The translations under genes and the position numbers were made by a program. The notes under the pieces were generated by a model. That model saw nothing but the letters and a program-made list of their open reading frames with translations. It searched no databases and had not been told where the DNA came from. This document shows positions 19,001 to 27,305 of a stretch of 64,000 bases of DNA, one piece after another; within the stretch, counting starts at the first letter, position 1, and every line of letters begins with the position of its first letter. The DNA is from Myxococcales bacterium (lineage in GTDB: Bacteria > Myxococcota_A > Polyangia > Polyangiales > DASUME01): positions 832,001 to 896,000 of the forward strand of contig JASGJH010000001.1 in NCBI GenBank assembly GCA_047601445.1. The letters are read 5' to 3'.

Positions 19001-20571
19001 CCAGAGCCGTCGAGCGTGCCCCGAAGCGTCTCGGGCGTGAGCTCGGCTTGCGCTCGCAGGGAGTCGAGCCGGATGTCGCCGGCCGTGACGCCGCCGAGCG
19101 CGAGCGTGAGCGTGCCTTGCGGGCGCCGCGTGGTGCCACCGACGCTGCTGTCGAGGGCCAACGTACTGAGCTTCTTGTCGGCGAACCCAAGCTCCGTGCC
19201 CCGCAGCTGAACCTGTCCGCGCAAACGCTCGTCGGCTTCGAGCGCGGCCTCGATGGTGCCGTTGAGGTGGCCGGTGAGCTGCTGCGCGCGCAGCGCGGCG
19301 ATGGAGTCGAGCTGGAATCCAACGAGCACCAGCTTGCCCTGGGCTCGATTGCTGTCGGTGTCGTAGCGTCCGCGCAACGAGAGTTTCGACTCGAGTCCAG
19401 CTAGCGACAGGGACTCCACGCGCACCGCCGGCAGCTCGAGCACCACCTGGGTGGAGCCATTCGGGACGGTTCGTGCGTCGACCTCCACGGCTTCCCAAGC
19501 GAGCGTGATCGGGACGGCCGATTTGGAGTAGTCGGCCTGGGCACGCAAGGTCCCCTGGACGTGCAGGTCAGGCAGGGAGGGGCTCACCGCAGACAGTTGC
19601 AGAGGCTCGATCTGGAGCTCGGCCTCGGCTCCCGTGAGGCTCGCTGTGGTGCGTAGCGTGACGCTGCCTTCGCGAGTGGACAGCCGTGCCTCGAGCTGCA
19701 CGTCCTCGCCGAGGCTCTTGGCGTGCGCATGGAGCGTGAACGGGGTCCGCAGGTCGAAGCCCTCACTCACGCCGAGCCGCTCGAGCGCCTGGTGACCCAC
19801 GCCGCTCAGGTTCACGTCGAGCTCTTCGATGGGCCATGGCGACCCTTCGAGCGGACCAAACCTGCCCTCCAGCGAAAGCGGCGCGCCGGCCACGGCTCCA
19901 CCCAAGGAGACCGCACCCCCGTGCGCGGCAGTCCACGTACCCTTGGGCGCATGCAGACGCAGGAGCTCGGCGTCGTTTGCCGTTACGTGGAGCTTGGCCT
20001 GGTTGAGTACGGCGCGCGGATGGGCGCTCCAGGTGCCGCCGCCCTCCAAGACGTCGATGCTGGCGGCGATACGCCGACCCGACCAGGGCGTCTCGAGCTG
20101 CGTGTCGAGGACGCGCAGGAGATCCACGTGCACCACGAAGCTGCTTGGCCCCTGGTCCGGTTCCTCGGGTTCCGACGGTTGCGCGAGTAGGGCTTCGAGA
20201 TCGTAACGAGCGCGGACGTGGGCGAGGCGAGCGCTCGTGACATGGAGCGTCTGATGCAGCAGCTCCAGGGGAGACAGGCGCAGCGAGAGCTCCGCGATGG
20301 ATCCGAGATCCTTCTGCTGTGGATCGGTCACGTGGACGCCGTGGAGCTCGATGGCCCACGGGTCGAGCCGGTCCACTCGCGCGATCTCCACCTTGTAGCC
20401 GAAGCTGCGCTGCACGTAGCCGAGCGCATGGTCCACCACGGCCGTGCGCGCGGGCGGCACCGCTAACGCGATGAACGCCACTATCAACACCACCGCGACG
20501 AGCGCCAGCGGCACCCCGAGCAGCCAGCTCAGGACCCGCACGACGCGCCCACGCGAGGTTCCGCGCACCAT
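16042..20571 (-). CDS. tamB: Translocation/assembly module TamB-like protein (AsmA/DUF490)
   Basis: 1509 aa, N-terminal TM anchor, repetitive beta-taco sequence, C-terminal DUF490-like GKTFKIQKGTIHFTG...DPDLNLKA. TGATG overlap with the upstream Omp85 gene. Confidence 0.85.
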   Translation of the reverse strand: MVRGTSRGRVVRVLSWLLGVPLALVAVVLIVAFIALAVPPARTAVVDHALGYVQRSFGYKVEIARVDRLDPWAIELHGVHVTDPQQKDLGSIAELSLRLSPLELLHQTLHVTSARLAHVRARYDLEALLAQPSEPEEPDQGPSSFVVHVDLLRVLDTQLETPWSGRRIAASIDVLEGGGTWSAHPRAVLNQAKLHVTANDAELLRLHAPKGTWTAAHGGAVSLGGAVAGAPLSLEGRFGPLEGSPWPIEELDVNLSGVGHQALERLGVSEGFDLRTPFTLHAHAKSLGEDVQLEARLSTREGSVTLRTTASLTGAEAELQIEPLQLSAVSPSLPDLHVQGTLRAQADYSKSAVPITLAWEAVEVDARTVPNGSTQVVLELPAVRVESLSLAGLESKLSLRGRYDTDSNRAQGKLVLVGFQLDSIAALRAQQLTGHLNGTIEAALEADERLRGQVQLRGTELGFADKKLSTLALDSSVGGTTRRPQGTLTLALGGVTAGDIRLDSLRAQAELTPETLRGTLDGSGMQASVHSEIQGAREHNGDFTLAARGQAHALERDLTFELRNLRLGRQETRLEQLAIQTREQSVLARGSYRAAGSFEADAELHAVDLATWGSLLGKPQLRGKLDGTLKASGSVAKPEGTLHLAVAKLSVMGEPEADAALDARADLAHGQVGASVSLRSASDGSNVRLAAELNSASKSRELVQAFKQGSFQVDGNAHLPAGRLLMLGDERISALSGNIDVDLHGQGTLKEPHVALRVAANLKLPAKPTSKPERLEARLQLEPSQANLVLELDDDQGRLAQARLATNFAGGSLEAALAQPESFKTPQFDLDVQLEERRLDTMQGVYGYLASAYKLNVPVRLGAKLALKSDGQNFDGDAAVRLVVFGDKIDQSCVAGSSSRIDLDAQLRQGQVQLGVQSQGDAAGQLRAEVKAHVDVGALLQGKSEEFERVNATLQAKQLDLSKLPGLCALKSGKADVNLALALFGAHPLELSSSIDVTQLRGQRGAAFGSHLELRTLSQGTGLQAALNGDLRVDGKPNGQLEASLPLSGDLHAIPTVAKDAPVRARIRFSQLPLGGPMSSVQALGQVAGTASADLTVTGRLDDPQPKGFLELHEVGFSIASLAQPVRHLNGRIEVDGRELTIKQITAKDGEGDIRLTGGAKLDEKGSGNGRIHITAERFPMRQEGTVVGELTLDTEVGAQIKELAELSVEVDINRGRLWLTGEQGRDVQQLDPNPDIVFEDAPPEIQAEAAGGEPGSSSLVLKSLTIKSHRDMWVMHTDFSVQVALDLALLEEKEGAVMRGDAQITRGELQILGKTFKIQKGTIHFTGDVPPDPDLNLKATYQPPSSQPLNVQVTGLASAPVLTFTGAATNMGEAVSILSGVGRAKASNSSSAQQDVSNFATTLTAGLLSVAARRKFGDWVPTLGVETNASGQVNGARAGFDASDVIPKFMRGFARGAYVEGIVGGSSQSQGGSVGVGVRLDLSLPNDFVTSMGYGPGTRWSADLLWAP

Positions 20572-22724
20572 CAGAAGGCCTCCCCGATGGTGAGCGCGAT
20601 GGCGCCGTTGAACTTCATGAAGCCGAGGTTGGTCGGTGGCGGCACCTCGTCGGCGGGCACGTGTCCCTGTAAGTTCTTGGGGCGGACGCCCACGTCGAGT
20701 CGCAGCGGGCCGATCAAGGTGCGGTAGCGCAAGCCGGCGCCGACGGCGGTGTTCATGTTGTCGAAGCGAAAGCGCGGCGCAGCGTTCACGTCGCCCATGT
20801 CGCTGAAGAACACGATGGAGAAGCTCTTGGCCAATGGCACGCGTAGCTCGAGCGAGGCCTCCCAGCGCCGGATGCCGCCGTCGATGCCGGCGCCCAGCTG
20901 GCCGGGGTTGAAGCCGCGGTTGCTATTGGCGCCGCCGCCGCGCAGGCGATAGGGGACGGGGCCGCGCTGTTGGGACTGCGTGTCCAGCTGGGGCGAGAAG
21001 CTGAAGATATGGGTAGACCCGAGTGCAAAACGTCCGGCTAGCACGATGCCCAGACCGAGCGGCGCGTAGCCCCGCGCGTCCGGGTACAGGCGCACGTAGT
21101 TCCAGGAGCGATCGAAGATCTTGACCGCCTCTTGCATGTTGAAGCCGAAGTAAGCCCCCTTGCTGGGGTTGACGGGATCATCGCGCAAGTCGAGCGTGAG
21201 CTGCTCCTCGAAGAACGACAGCAAGTAGCTCTTGGGAATGATCGAGCCGTCCATCAGCTCCTCGGGCGTGGCCTGCTGGATCTCTTGCTTGAGCACGTAC
21301 TGCTTCTTGAGCTTGTCCACGTGCAGGATGTCCTGGTGCACGGCCAGACGGATGTTGAGGCGCTGCTCGAAGAAGCCGCGTGTGAGGCCCACGGCGAGCC
21401 CGACGTTGTCGCGGAAGAAGAGCATGAACGGATCGGGCCCATGATCCCACGAGGTCTCCACGAAGAGCGTGGTGCGCGCTTCGATCACGCCCGGCTGCGA
21501 GAAGTTGCCCGTGATCAGGTTGCCGAAGCGCGGGCTATTGGAGGGCACCTGCGGGAACTGGCCCAGGAACAACAAGCGCGGACGCTCCTCGAGCCGCAGT
21601 CGCCGGAGTCCCCCGAAGAAGTTGCGGTGCTCGTAGGTGGCCGACAGGTGAAGATCCCACTGCGGCACACTGATGGTCTCGAGCGCCGGACCCGCCAGCA
21701 CACCCGACATGATGCCGCCTCCCAGGAGCACCTCCTGGGTGCGGCGCGGCTCGAGCTGGATCTTCACGTCCACCTGATCCGACGGGGCCTCGACGTCGCC
21801 GCTCACCACCACCGCGCTGAAGGCGCCGAGCGCATAGATTGCGCGCTGAGCGTCCTCGATGTCGCTCTCGTGGTAGCGCTGGCCGCGCTTGAGGCCGTGC
21901 ACCGCTTCGATCACCGGCATGGGCACCGGGGAGCTGCTGGTGATCCGGATCTCGCCGATTTCGCAGACCGGTCCAGGCGTGACGTCGAAGTGCACCTTGG
22001 CGCTGAGCAAGCCGCGGTGGATGCGTACTTTGCCCTCGATCTTGGCCTTGGCGTAGCCCTCCTCGCGCAGCGCGAGCGCCATCGCGTCGCGGGCAGCTGC
22101 GTACTGGGCCTCGTCGAAGACGGCCCCCACCGTGAGCTTCTCGCCCAGCGCCTCACGCAGGTTGGCGCGCAGTGTGGGGGCGAGGTTCTGGTCGCCGTCG
22201 AGGTCGATGCTCTGGATGCGCACCGGAGAGCCCTCTTCGACCTTGATGTCCACTGAGAGCTTGCAGTCATCGCCACTGCATACGTCGGTATCCTCGGCTG
22301 CCTGGGGCCTGAGGTCCACCTCGAGCACGCGGGCTCCGTAGTAGCCGCGGGCCTGGTACCAGCGCTCCACGCGCTTGAGGTCGAGCCGCAGTACCGCCTC
22401 GTCGTAGACCGGCCACGTGGTCCAGAACCACGCGAACATGCGCCAGGAGAAACGTCGCTTGTCGAATGGGGGTTGGCCGCACTGGGGTTGGCCGAGCGCG
22501 CCGAGACCGAGCTCGAGCTTCTCACGCTCCCGCGTGACCATGCAGGGCAAGATGGCCTCGGGGACAAGCTGCTGGGTCCCGCTGATGGTGACCTTCTCGA
22601 TGCCGTAGCGCTGCTTGGGCACCGAGGCGCAGGCCGCGCTCAGCAGCAGCAAGAACAGGCCAGCGCAGGACCAGGGCCACGAGCGAGGATGAATTCGCAC
22701 GCGAGCCGGGAAACCGGAGGCCAT
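20571..22724 (-). CDS. tamA: BamA/TamA-family Omp85 outer-membrane protein with lipobox
   Basis: POTRA motifs (YQARGYY, IKVEEG, LREEGY, IYALGAF); barrel motifs LRGGGANSNRGF and GAGLRYRTLIGPLRLD; terminal IGEAF. Lipobox LSAAC. Start approximate. Confidence 0.88.
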   Translation of the reverse strand: MASGFPARVRIHPRSWPWSCAGLFLLLLSAACASVPKQRYGIEKVTISGTQQLVPEAILPCMVTREREKLELGLGALGQPQCGQPPFDKRRFSWRMFAWFWTTWPVYDEAVLRLDLKRVERWYQARGYYGARVLEVDLRPQAAEDTDVCSGDDCKLSVDIKVEEGSPVRIQSIDLDGDQNLAPTLRANLREALGEKLTVGAVFDEAQYAAARDAMALALREEGYAKAKIEGKVRIHRGLLSAKVHFDVTPGPVCEIGEIRITSSSPVPMPVIEAVHGLKRGQRYHESDIEDAQRAIYALGAFSAVVVSGDVEAPSDQVDVKIQLEPRRTQEVLLGGGIMSGVLAGPALETISVPQWDLHLSATYEHRNFFGGLRRLRLEERPRLLFLGQFPQVPSNSPRFGNLITGNFSQPGVIEARTTLFVETSWDHGPDPFMLFFRDNVGLAVGLTRGFFEQRLNIRLAVHQDILHVDKLKKQYVLKQEIQQATPEELMDGSIIPKSYLLSFFEEQLTLDLRDDPVNPSKGAYFGFNMQEAVKIFDRSWNYVRLYPDARGYAPLGLGIVLAGRFALGSTHIFSFSPQLDTQSQQRGPVPYRLRGGGANSNRGFNPGQLGAGIDGGIRRWEASLELRVPLAKSFSIVFFSDMGDVNAAPRFRFDNMNTAVGAGLRYRTLIGPLRLDVGVRPKNLQGHVPADEVPPPTNLGFMKFNGAIALTIGEAF

Positions 22725-22792
22725 GTCCAGTCGTGCCACGGATGGGGGCTTAGGCCAATAGGGCCCTATGCTGGGGACGAGGCCGGCCTGAG

Positions 22793-23611
22793 TCAGCCTC
22801 CGTGCCGTGCGATGAAGTCGTGGATGAGCCACTGCGAGATGCTCAGCCGCCCAGGGAACATCTTGGGCAAGTCTTGCACGCGGAAGAACGCTGCCTGCTC
22901 GATCTCTTCGCCGTCGATGACGATGTCGCCTGCGCGATAACGGGCGTGGAAGCCGAGCATCAAAGAGTTGGGGAAGGGCCAGGGCTGGCTGCCGAAATAG
23001 CGGATTTCATCGATCTCGATGCCGACCTCTTCGCGGACCTCACGGGCCACGGCCTCTTCCACGCTCTCGCCGGGATCCACGAAGCCGGCCAGGGCGCTGA
23101 AGATGCCCGGGGGAAAGTGTGGCGAACGTGCGAGTAAGATCTCGGGACCGCGCTCGACTGCCACAATCATGGCGGGCGAGATGCGCGGAAAGAACTCGAG
23201 CTTGCAGCGCACGCAGCTGCGGGCTCGCTGCTTGGCATGGGGGACGGTGGGCTCCCCGCAGGCGCCGCAGAACTGATGCGTGCGATCCCATTCGACGATC
23301 TGGGAGGCGCGCCCGACCAGCATCATCCAGTCGTCGGCCAGACGCCCGAACAGCGAGCGGATCGTGTGAAATTGCGTCTCGCGCGGTGGCTCGGTGCCCG
23401 GCGCGAGCTCCGCCGAGAAGCAAGCGACCCCGTCGAGCTCACCGAGATACTGGCTGCGCAGCGGAGCCAGGCCGACCACCTCGAGTGCCTCGCACTCGAG
23501 CACCTGAAGCCCGGTGTCGAGCAAGAGCTCCTGGCCGCGAAACGCGAACCAATAGCCACGCCGCGGGGCCGAGCGGACCAAGGGGGACGGAACGAAGCGA
23601 CGCTGCCGCAT
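22793..23611 (-). CDS. nudC: NAD(+)/NADH diphosphatase NudC
   Basis: Zn ribbon FCGACG...CVRC, FPRISPAMIV, Nudix box AGFVDPGESVEEAVAREVREEVG, SQPWPFPNSLM signature. Confidence 0.95.
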   Translation of the reverse strand: MRQRRFVPSPLVRSAPRRGYWFAFRGQELLLDTGLQVLECEALEVVGLAPLRSQYLGELDGVACFSAELAPGTEPPRETQFHTIRSLFGRLADDWMMLVGRASQIVEWDRTHQFCGACGEPTVPHAKQRARSCVRCKLEFFPRISPAMIVAVERGPEILLARSPHFPPGIFSALAGFVDPGESVEEAVAREVREEVGIEIDEIRYFGSQPWPFPNSLMLGFHARYRAGDIVIDGEEIEQAAFFRVQDLPKMFPGRLSISQWLIHDFIARHGG

Positions 23612-23713
23612 GGCCGAAATCTAGCAGTCGAACCCCGCTCCGTGAGACGGCTCGCGTGGACTTCACCCCGCTGGGCTAGCGATAGGACCTTGGCGCTCGT
23701 GCGCTCTCGCGGC

Positions 23714-25531
23714 TCACTCACACCCGTCATCGAGCGCGAATGCCTCCACGTGGCCCGGGCCCTTGTTGCCATCGACGCAGCTCGCCACGAACACCTGGTC
23801 GTCGATCAAGAGCGGCTGCGCGAAGCGTTGCCCCGGTCCCTCCAGCGCAACCTTGGCGGCCAGCGCACCGTCGCTCACCCGCACGAGCCAGAGGTGCCCG
23901 CGCTTTTCGGCGTCCTTTTGGTCCACCACCAGGGCGTATTCGGTGCCCGCGAACTGCACGAGGCGCACGCGGCTGGCGTGGGCCCGAAAGCTGCTGCGCG
24001 CCGCTGCGTCCTCGGGAGCGGGTGTTTGCCACGCCTTCTCGAGCTTCGGTCGACCGTCGCGCATGACGATGCGCACGCCAAACAGTCCGGCGGGATGCAC
24101 GTCGTCGAACTCGAAGCTGCCGACCACCGCGAAGGGTTGGCCTGCCACGCTCGTGATCTCGGGGCGCGTGACCATGGAGCCTGCCCAGTCGGCCGTGCAG
24201 CGCGCGCCGTCCGTGCCACAGCCGGCCACGAGCTCGAGCCGATCGTAGAGCGTGCCCATGTGATCGTGGTCGAACAGGTAGAGATGCCCGTCCTTGGCTG
24301 GCAGCAGCAGCGCGCGCGGGCCGCCCGGGAGCTCCACCACGGCCGGCGCATTGGCGCCGAGGTCGAGGTCGTGGGCGGCATAGCAAGCGAAGAACGACAG
24401 GCCTTCGCAGTTGGGCTGATCGAGCGGTGGATCGCCGGGCAAAAGGCGCGGAATGAAGAGGTCGCGACAGGACTCCATGCAAGCGGAAGAAGGCGAGAGT
24501 GCATCCCAGCTGGCGCACGCGCTCGGGTCGCAGCCGTCGTCGAAGCTCAGCCCGGGCAGCGCGACCCGCATGATGGTGTGGGCGTAGTCGTGTCGGTTCA
24601 TGTCGAGGGCACCGTTGCCCGTGGGCACCAGCAGGTGGTGCTCGCCGCTCGGACTCGATATCAGCTCCGGTCCTGCCGGCGCCCAGATACCGGCGCCGCA
24701 GTTCATCTCGCGTGAACCCGATTCGCCATCGGGCTCGCAGTGGGTTTCGGGCGAGGTCAGCAGCAGCGAGCTGATGGCGGCCGCGGTGCCCCGCTGCTTC
24801 CAGGCCTGCAGATCGATCTCGAAGAGCCAGCCGTGCCAGGGCTGGATGTCGCGCGCGTTGCCGAAGGAGAGATACACGAAACCAGGGCCGCCGTCCGCTG
24901 CAGGCAGGTGAACCAGGCGCGAGCGCGAGAGCGCGTTGTTGGCTTCGAAGACCACGCTCTCGGAGCCATCGAACGAAGGGCGCTGCCCGCTCAACGTGAG
25001 GATGGGATAGTCCGGATCGAGCCTGCCCGCGCTCAAGTCGATCACCGCCACGCGGTGGGCGCTGCGGGGCGCCGTAGCGGGGTCGGTGCCGGTGATCGCG
25101 ATGTCTTGCCAGGTGAGCACCAGGCGGTCTCCCACGGTCACCGGGGTCGCCACCACGTAGGCGATTTCGCCCTCGGTTTCAGGCAGCTCCACGTTCCACA
25201 GCAGCGCGCCGCTCGAGGGATCGAGTGCGCTCACACGGCCGTCGCCGCTGCTGGCGATGACGCGCGGTGCAGCCGGGTCCCCGCCTGGCAACAACGACGC
25301 CAGCAAGCAACCTTGAAAGGTCTCGCTGGACCAGCTGTGCACGAGGCGCACCGCCGAGCCGCAATCTGGCCCCGCGTCCATGGCCGGGGTCGGGCCGCCG
25401 TCGGGATCCATGGAGGCATCTGCGGGCGGTAGGCAAGCGCACTGCACCGTACCCGAAGAGGCCGGCGCGTCGGAGCAGGCGCTGGCGGCGCCCAGCAGCG
25501 AGAGCCAAGCCAAGGACTTCGTGAAAGCCAT
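23714..25531 (-). CDS. Cys-rich PQQ-like beta-propeller lipoprotein
   Basis: Lipobox ASAC after ATG 25531; VSALDPSSGALLW, PWHGWLF, GAGIWAPAG, VPTGNG, DLDLGANAP. Confidence 0.75.
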   Translation of the reverse strand: MAFTKSLAWLSLLGAASACSDAPASSGTVQCACLPPADASMDPDGGPTPAMDAGPDCGSAVRLVHSWSSETFQGCLLASLLPGGDPAAPRVIASSGDGRVSALDPSSGALLWNVELPETEGEIAYVVATPVTVGDRLVLTWQDIAITGTDPATAPRSAHRVAVIDLSAGRLDPDYPILTLSGQRPSFDGSESVVFEANNALSRSRLVHLPAADGGPGFVYLSFGNARDIQPWHGWLFEIDLQAWKQRGTAAAISSLLLTSPETHCEPDGESGSREMNCGAGIWAPAGPELISSPSGEHHLLVPTGNGALDMNRHDYAHTIMRVALPGLSFDDGCDPSACASWDALSPSSACMESCRDLFIPRLLPGDPPLDQPNCEGLSFFACYAAHDLDLGANAPAVVELPGGPRALLLPAKDGHLYLFDHDHMGTLYDRLELVAGCGTDGARCTADWAGSMVTRPEITSVAGQPFAVVGSFEFDDVHPAGLFGVRIVMRDGRPKLEKAWQTPAPEDAAARSSFRAHASRVRLVQFAGTEYALVVDQKDAEKRGHLWLVRVSDGALAAKVALEGPGQRFAQPLLIDDQVFVASCVDGNKGPGHVEAFALDDGCE

Positions 25532-25630
25532 GGGCCGGGTTCTAACACGTTCGAGACTTGGAACAGCGACGTCACGGAGGGGCCATCGTGCGGCGATAGA
25601 TCGCCGGAACACCCCCATCTGTTCGGAGTC

Positions 25631-27067
25631 GTGATGTCCCCTCATAACAAGTCTTTTTCACGTCGCAGTGCGCTCAAGGGCACGGCCCTGGTCAGCTTGG
25701 CGCAGATCCTGGGCGCGTGTGACCAGGAGGAGTGGCTGCTCGAGCAGCTGTCCCACGGACACACGGGACACGAAGGCGGACACGGCGACGTGTGGGGCAG
25801 CTACGGCAAGCTGGTGGCGCAGGACGGTGTGATCTCGTTGCCCAAGGGCTTTCGATACGTGGCCTTCGCGGCCGCTGGCTCCAGCATGAGCGACGGCCGC
25901 TCCATGCCCGGCGCCCACGACGGCATGGCGTGCTTCGCGGGCAAGGGCTCGCTGGTGTTCCTGGTGCGGAATCACGAGCTCTCACAAAACGACGTGCCCA
26001 GCGGAGATGCCCGCTTCTACGACGAGCTGGGCGGCGGTGGGGTCACCATCAGCGTGTTCGACACCAAGACCGGTCGCGAAGTGCGGAGCTTTGCAGCCTT
26101 GCTCGGGACCATCGAGAACTGCAACGGCGGCAACAGCCTGCGCGGCGGCTGGCTCACCTGCGAAGAGACCACCGAGGGCCTGGCCGCGGGCTACAGCAAG
26201 CCGCACGGCTACGTCTTCGAGGTGCCGGCGACCAGTCAGGGGCTCATCGAGACGCCGGTTGCGCTCAAGGCCATGGGCCGCTTCGAGCACGAGGCCGCGC
26301 GTCAGGATCCCAAGACAGGTGTGGTGTACATGACCGAAGACAACGGCGACCCGGCTGACGGCTTCTATCGCTTCGTGCCCCACGACAAGTTCGACCTCGC
26401 CCAGGGCGGCGTGCTGCAGGTGCTGGCCATTCAAGGCAAGCCCCAGCACGTGACCTACGAGGGGCAGACCGTGGGCGTCGAGTACAGCACCGAATGGGTC
26501 GACATCGCCGATCCGGACCCCGAGAGCGCAGAGGACGATCCGGGCGCGGTGTTCAAGCAGGGGCTCGCGCTCGGGGCCGCTCAGTTCATGGGACTCGAGG
26601 GCTTGGCCCTGCAGGACGGAGTGGCGTACTTCGTGGCCTCCGAGGCCGGCGACGCCGAGAAGGGGCAGGTCTGGAGCTTCACGCCGCACGGCGAGGGCGG
26701 CAAGCTCAAGCTGCTGTACGAGTCGCGCGACGGCTCGGTGCTGGATCAGCCGGACAACATCACGATTTCCCCCAAGGGCGCGATCATGATGTGCGAGGAC
26801 GGAGACGGCGAAGACATCGACGGCGGTGACAACTGGCTGCGCGTGCTCACCCAGCGTGGTCAGGTCTTCGACTTCGCCCAGAACATCAAGCCCATCGATC
26901 TGCACGAGATCGATGACGAGGACTTCCCGGAGCCCGGCGCGTCCTTCGGCGCCAGTGAGTTCTCGGGCGTCTGCTTTAGCCCCGACGGCAAGTGGATGTT
27001 CCTCAACGTGCAGTACCCCGGGCTGACGCTGGCGATTACGGGGCCCTGGGAGCGCGGGGCGATCTGA
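25631..27067 (+). CDS. phoX: PhoX-family (DUF839) alkaline phosphatase, Tat-exported
   Basis: Tat motif SRRSALK; HDGMA, LVRNHE, NCNGG, WLTCEE, MGRFEHEA, YMTED, PDNI, EFSGVCFSPDG..FLNVQYPG. Confidence 0.9.
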   Translation: MMSPHNKSFSRRSALKGTALVSLAQILGACDQEEWLLEQLSHGHTGHEGGHGDVWGSYGKLVAQDGVISLPKGFRYVAFAAAGSSMSDGRSMPGAHDGMACFAGKGSLVFLVRNHELSQNDVPSGDARFYDELGGGGVTISVFDTKTGREVRSFAALLGTIENCNGGNSLRGGWLTCEETTEGLAAGYSKPHGYVFEVPATSQGLIETPVALKAMGRFEHEAARQDPKTGVVYMTEDNGDPADGFYRFVPHDKFDLAQGGVLQVLAIQGKPQHVTYEGQTVGVEYSTEWVDIADPDPESAEDDPGAVFKQGLALGAAQFMGLEGLALQDGVAYFVASEAGDAEKGQVWSFTPHGEGGKLKLLYESRDGSVLDQPDNITISPKGAIMMCEDGDGEDIDGGDNWLRVLTQRGQVFDFAQNIKPIDLHEIDDEDFPEPGASFGASEFSGVCFSPDGKWMFLNVQYPGLTLAITGPWERGAI

Positions 27068-27116
27068 GGTAGAGAGGGCCCTGCGCCCGCCCCGTCCCGG
27101 CGCTGCCGGCCGTGAG

Positions 27117-27267
27117 AGTCGCGCACGCGCACGCGCACGCGCACGTCTGACGCACACGAGTAACAGTACGACCACGTGGGCAGTGCCGCAGGCGCTCGCT
27201 GTCGTGTTCTTGGACGTCCCGGTGTCGTCCCCGTCCTCGTGAAACGTAGTCGTGCGCGTGCGCGGCT
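27117..27267. repeat. Second hexamer-armed palindromic element between convergent genes
   Basis: (gcgcac)4 at 27121-27144. agtcgcgcacgcgcacg (27117-27133) pairs with cgtgcgcgtgcgcggct (27251-27267) at 16/17 positions. Confidence 0.6.
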
Positions 27268-27305
27268 TCCATGCGGGCACGGAGCGGTGCGCTTCTAGCC
27301 TCTAG

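Noticed and set aside
17416..19404. 662-aa + strand ORF
   Set aside because: Antisense shadow inside tamB.
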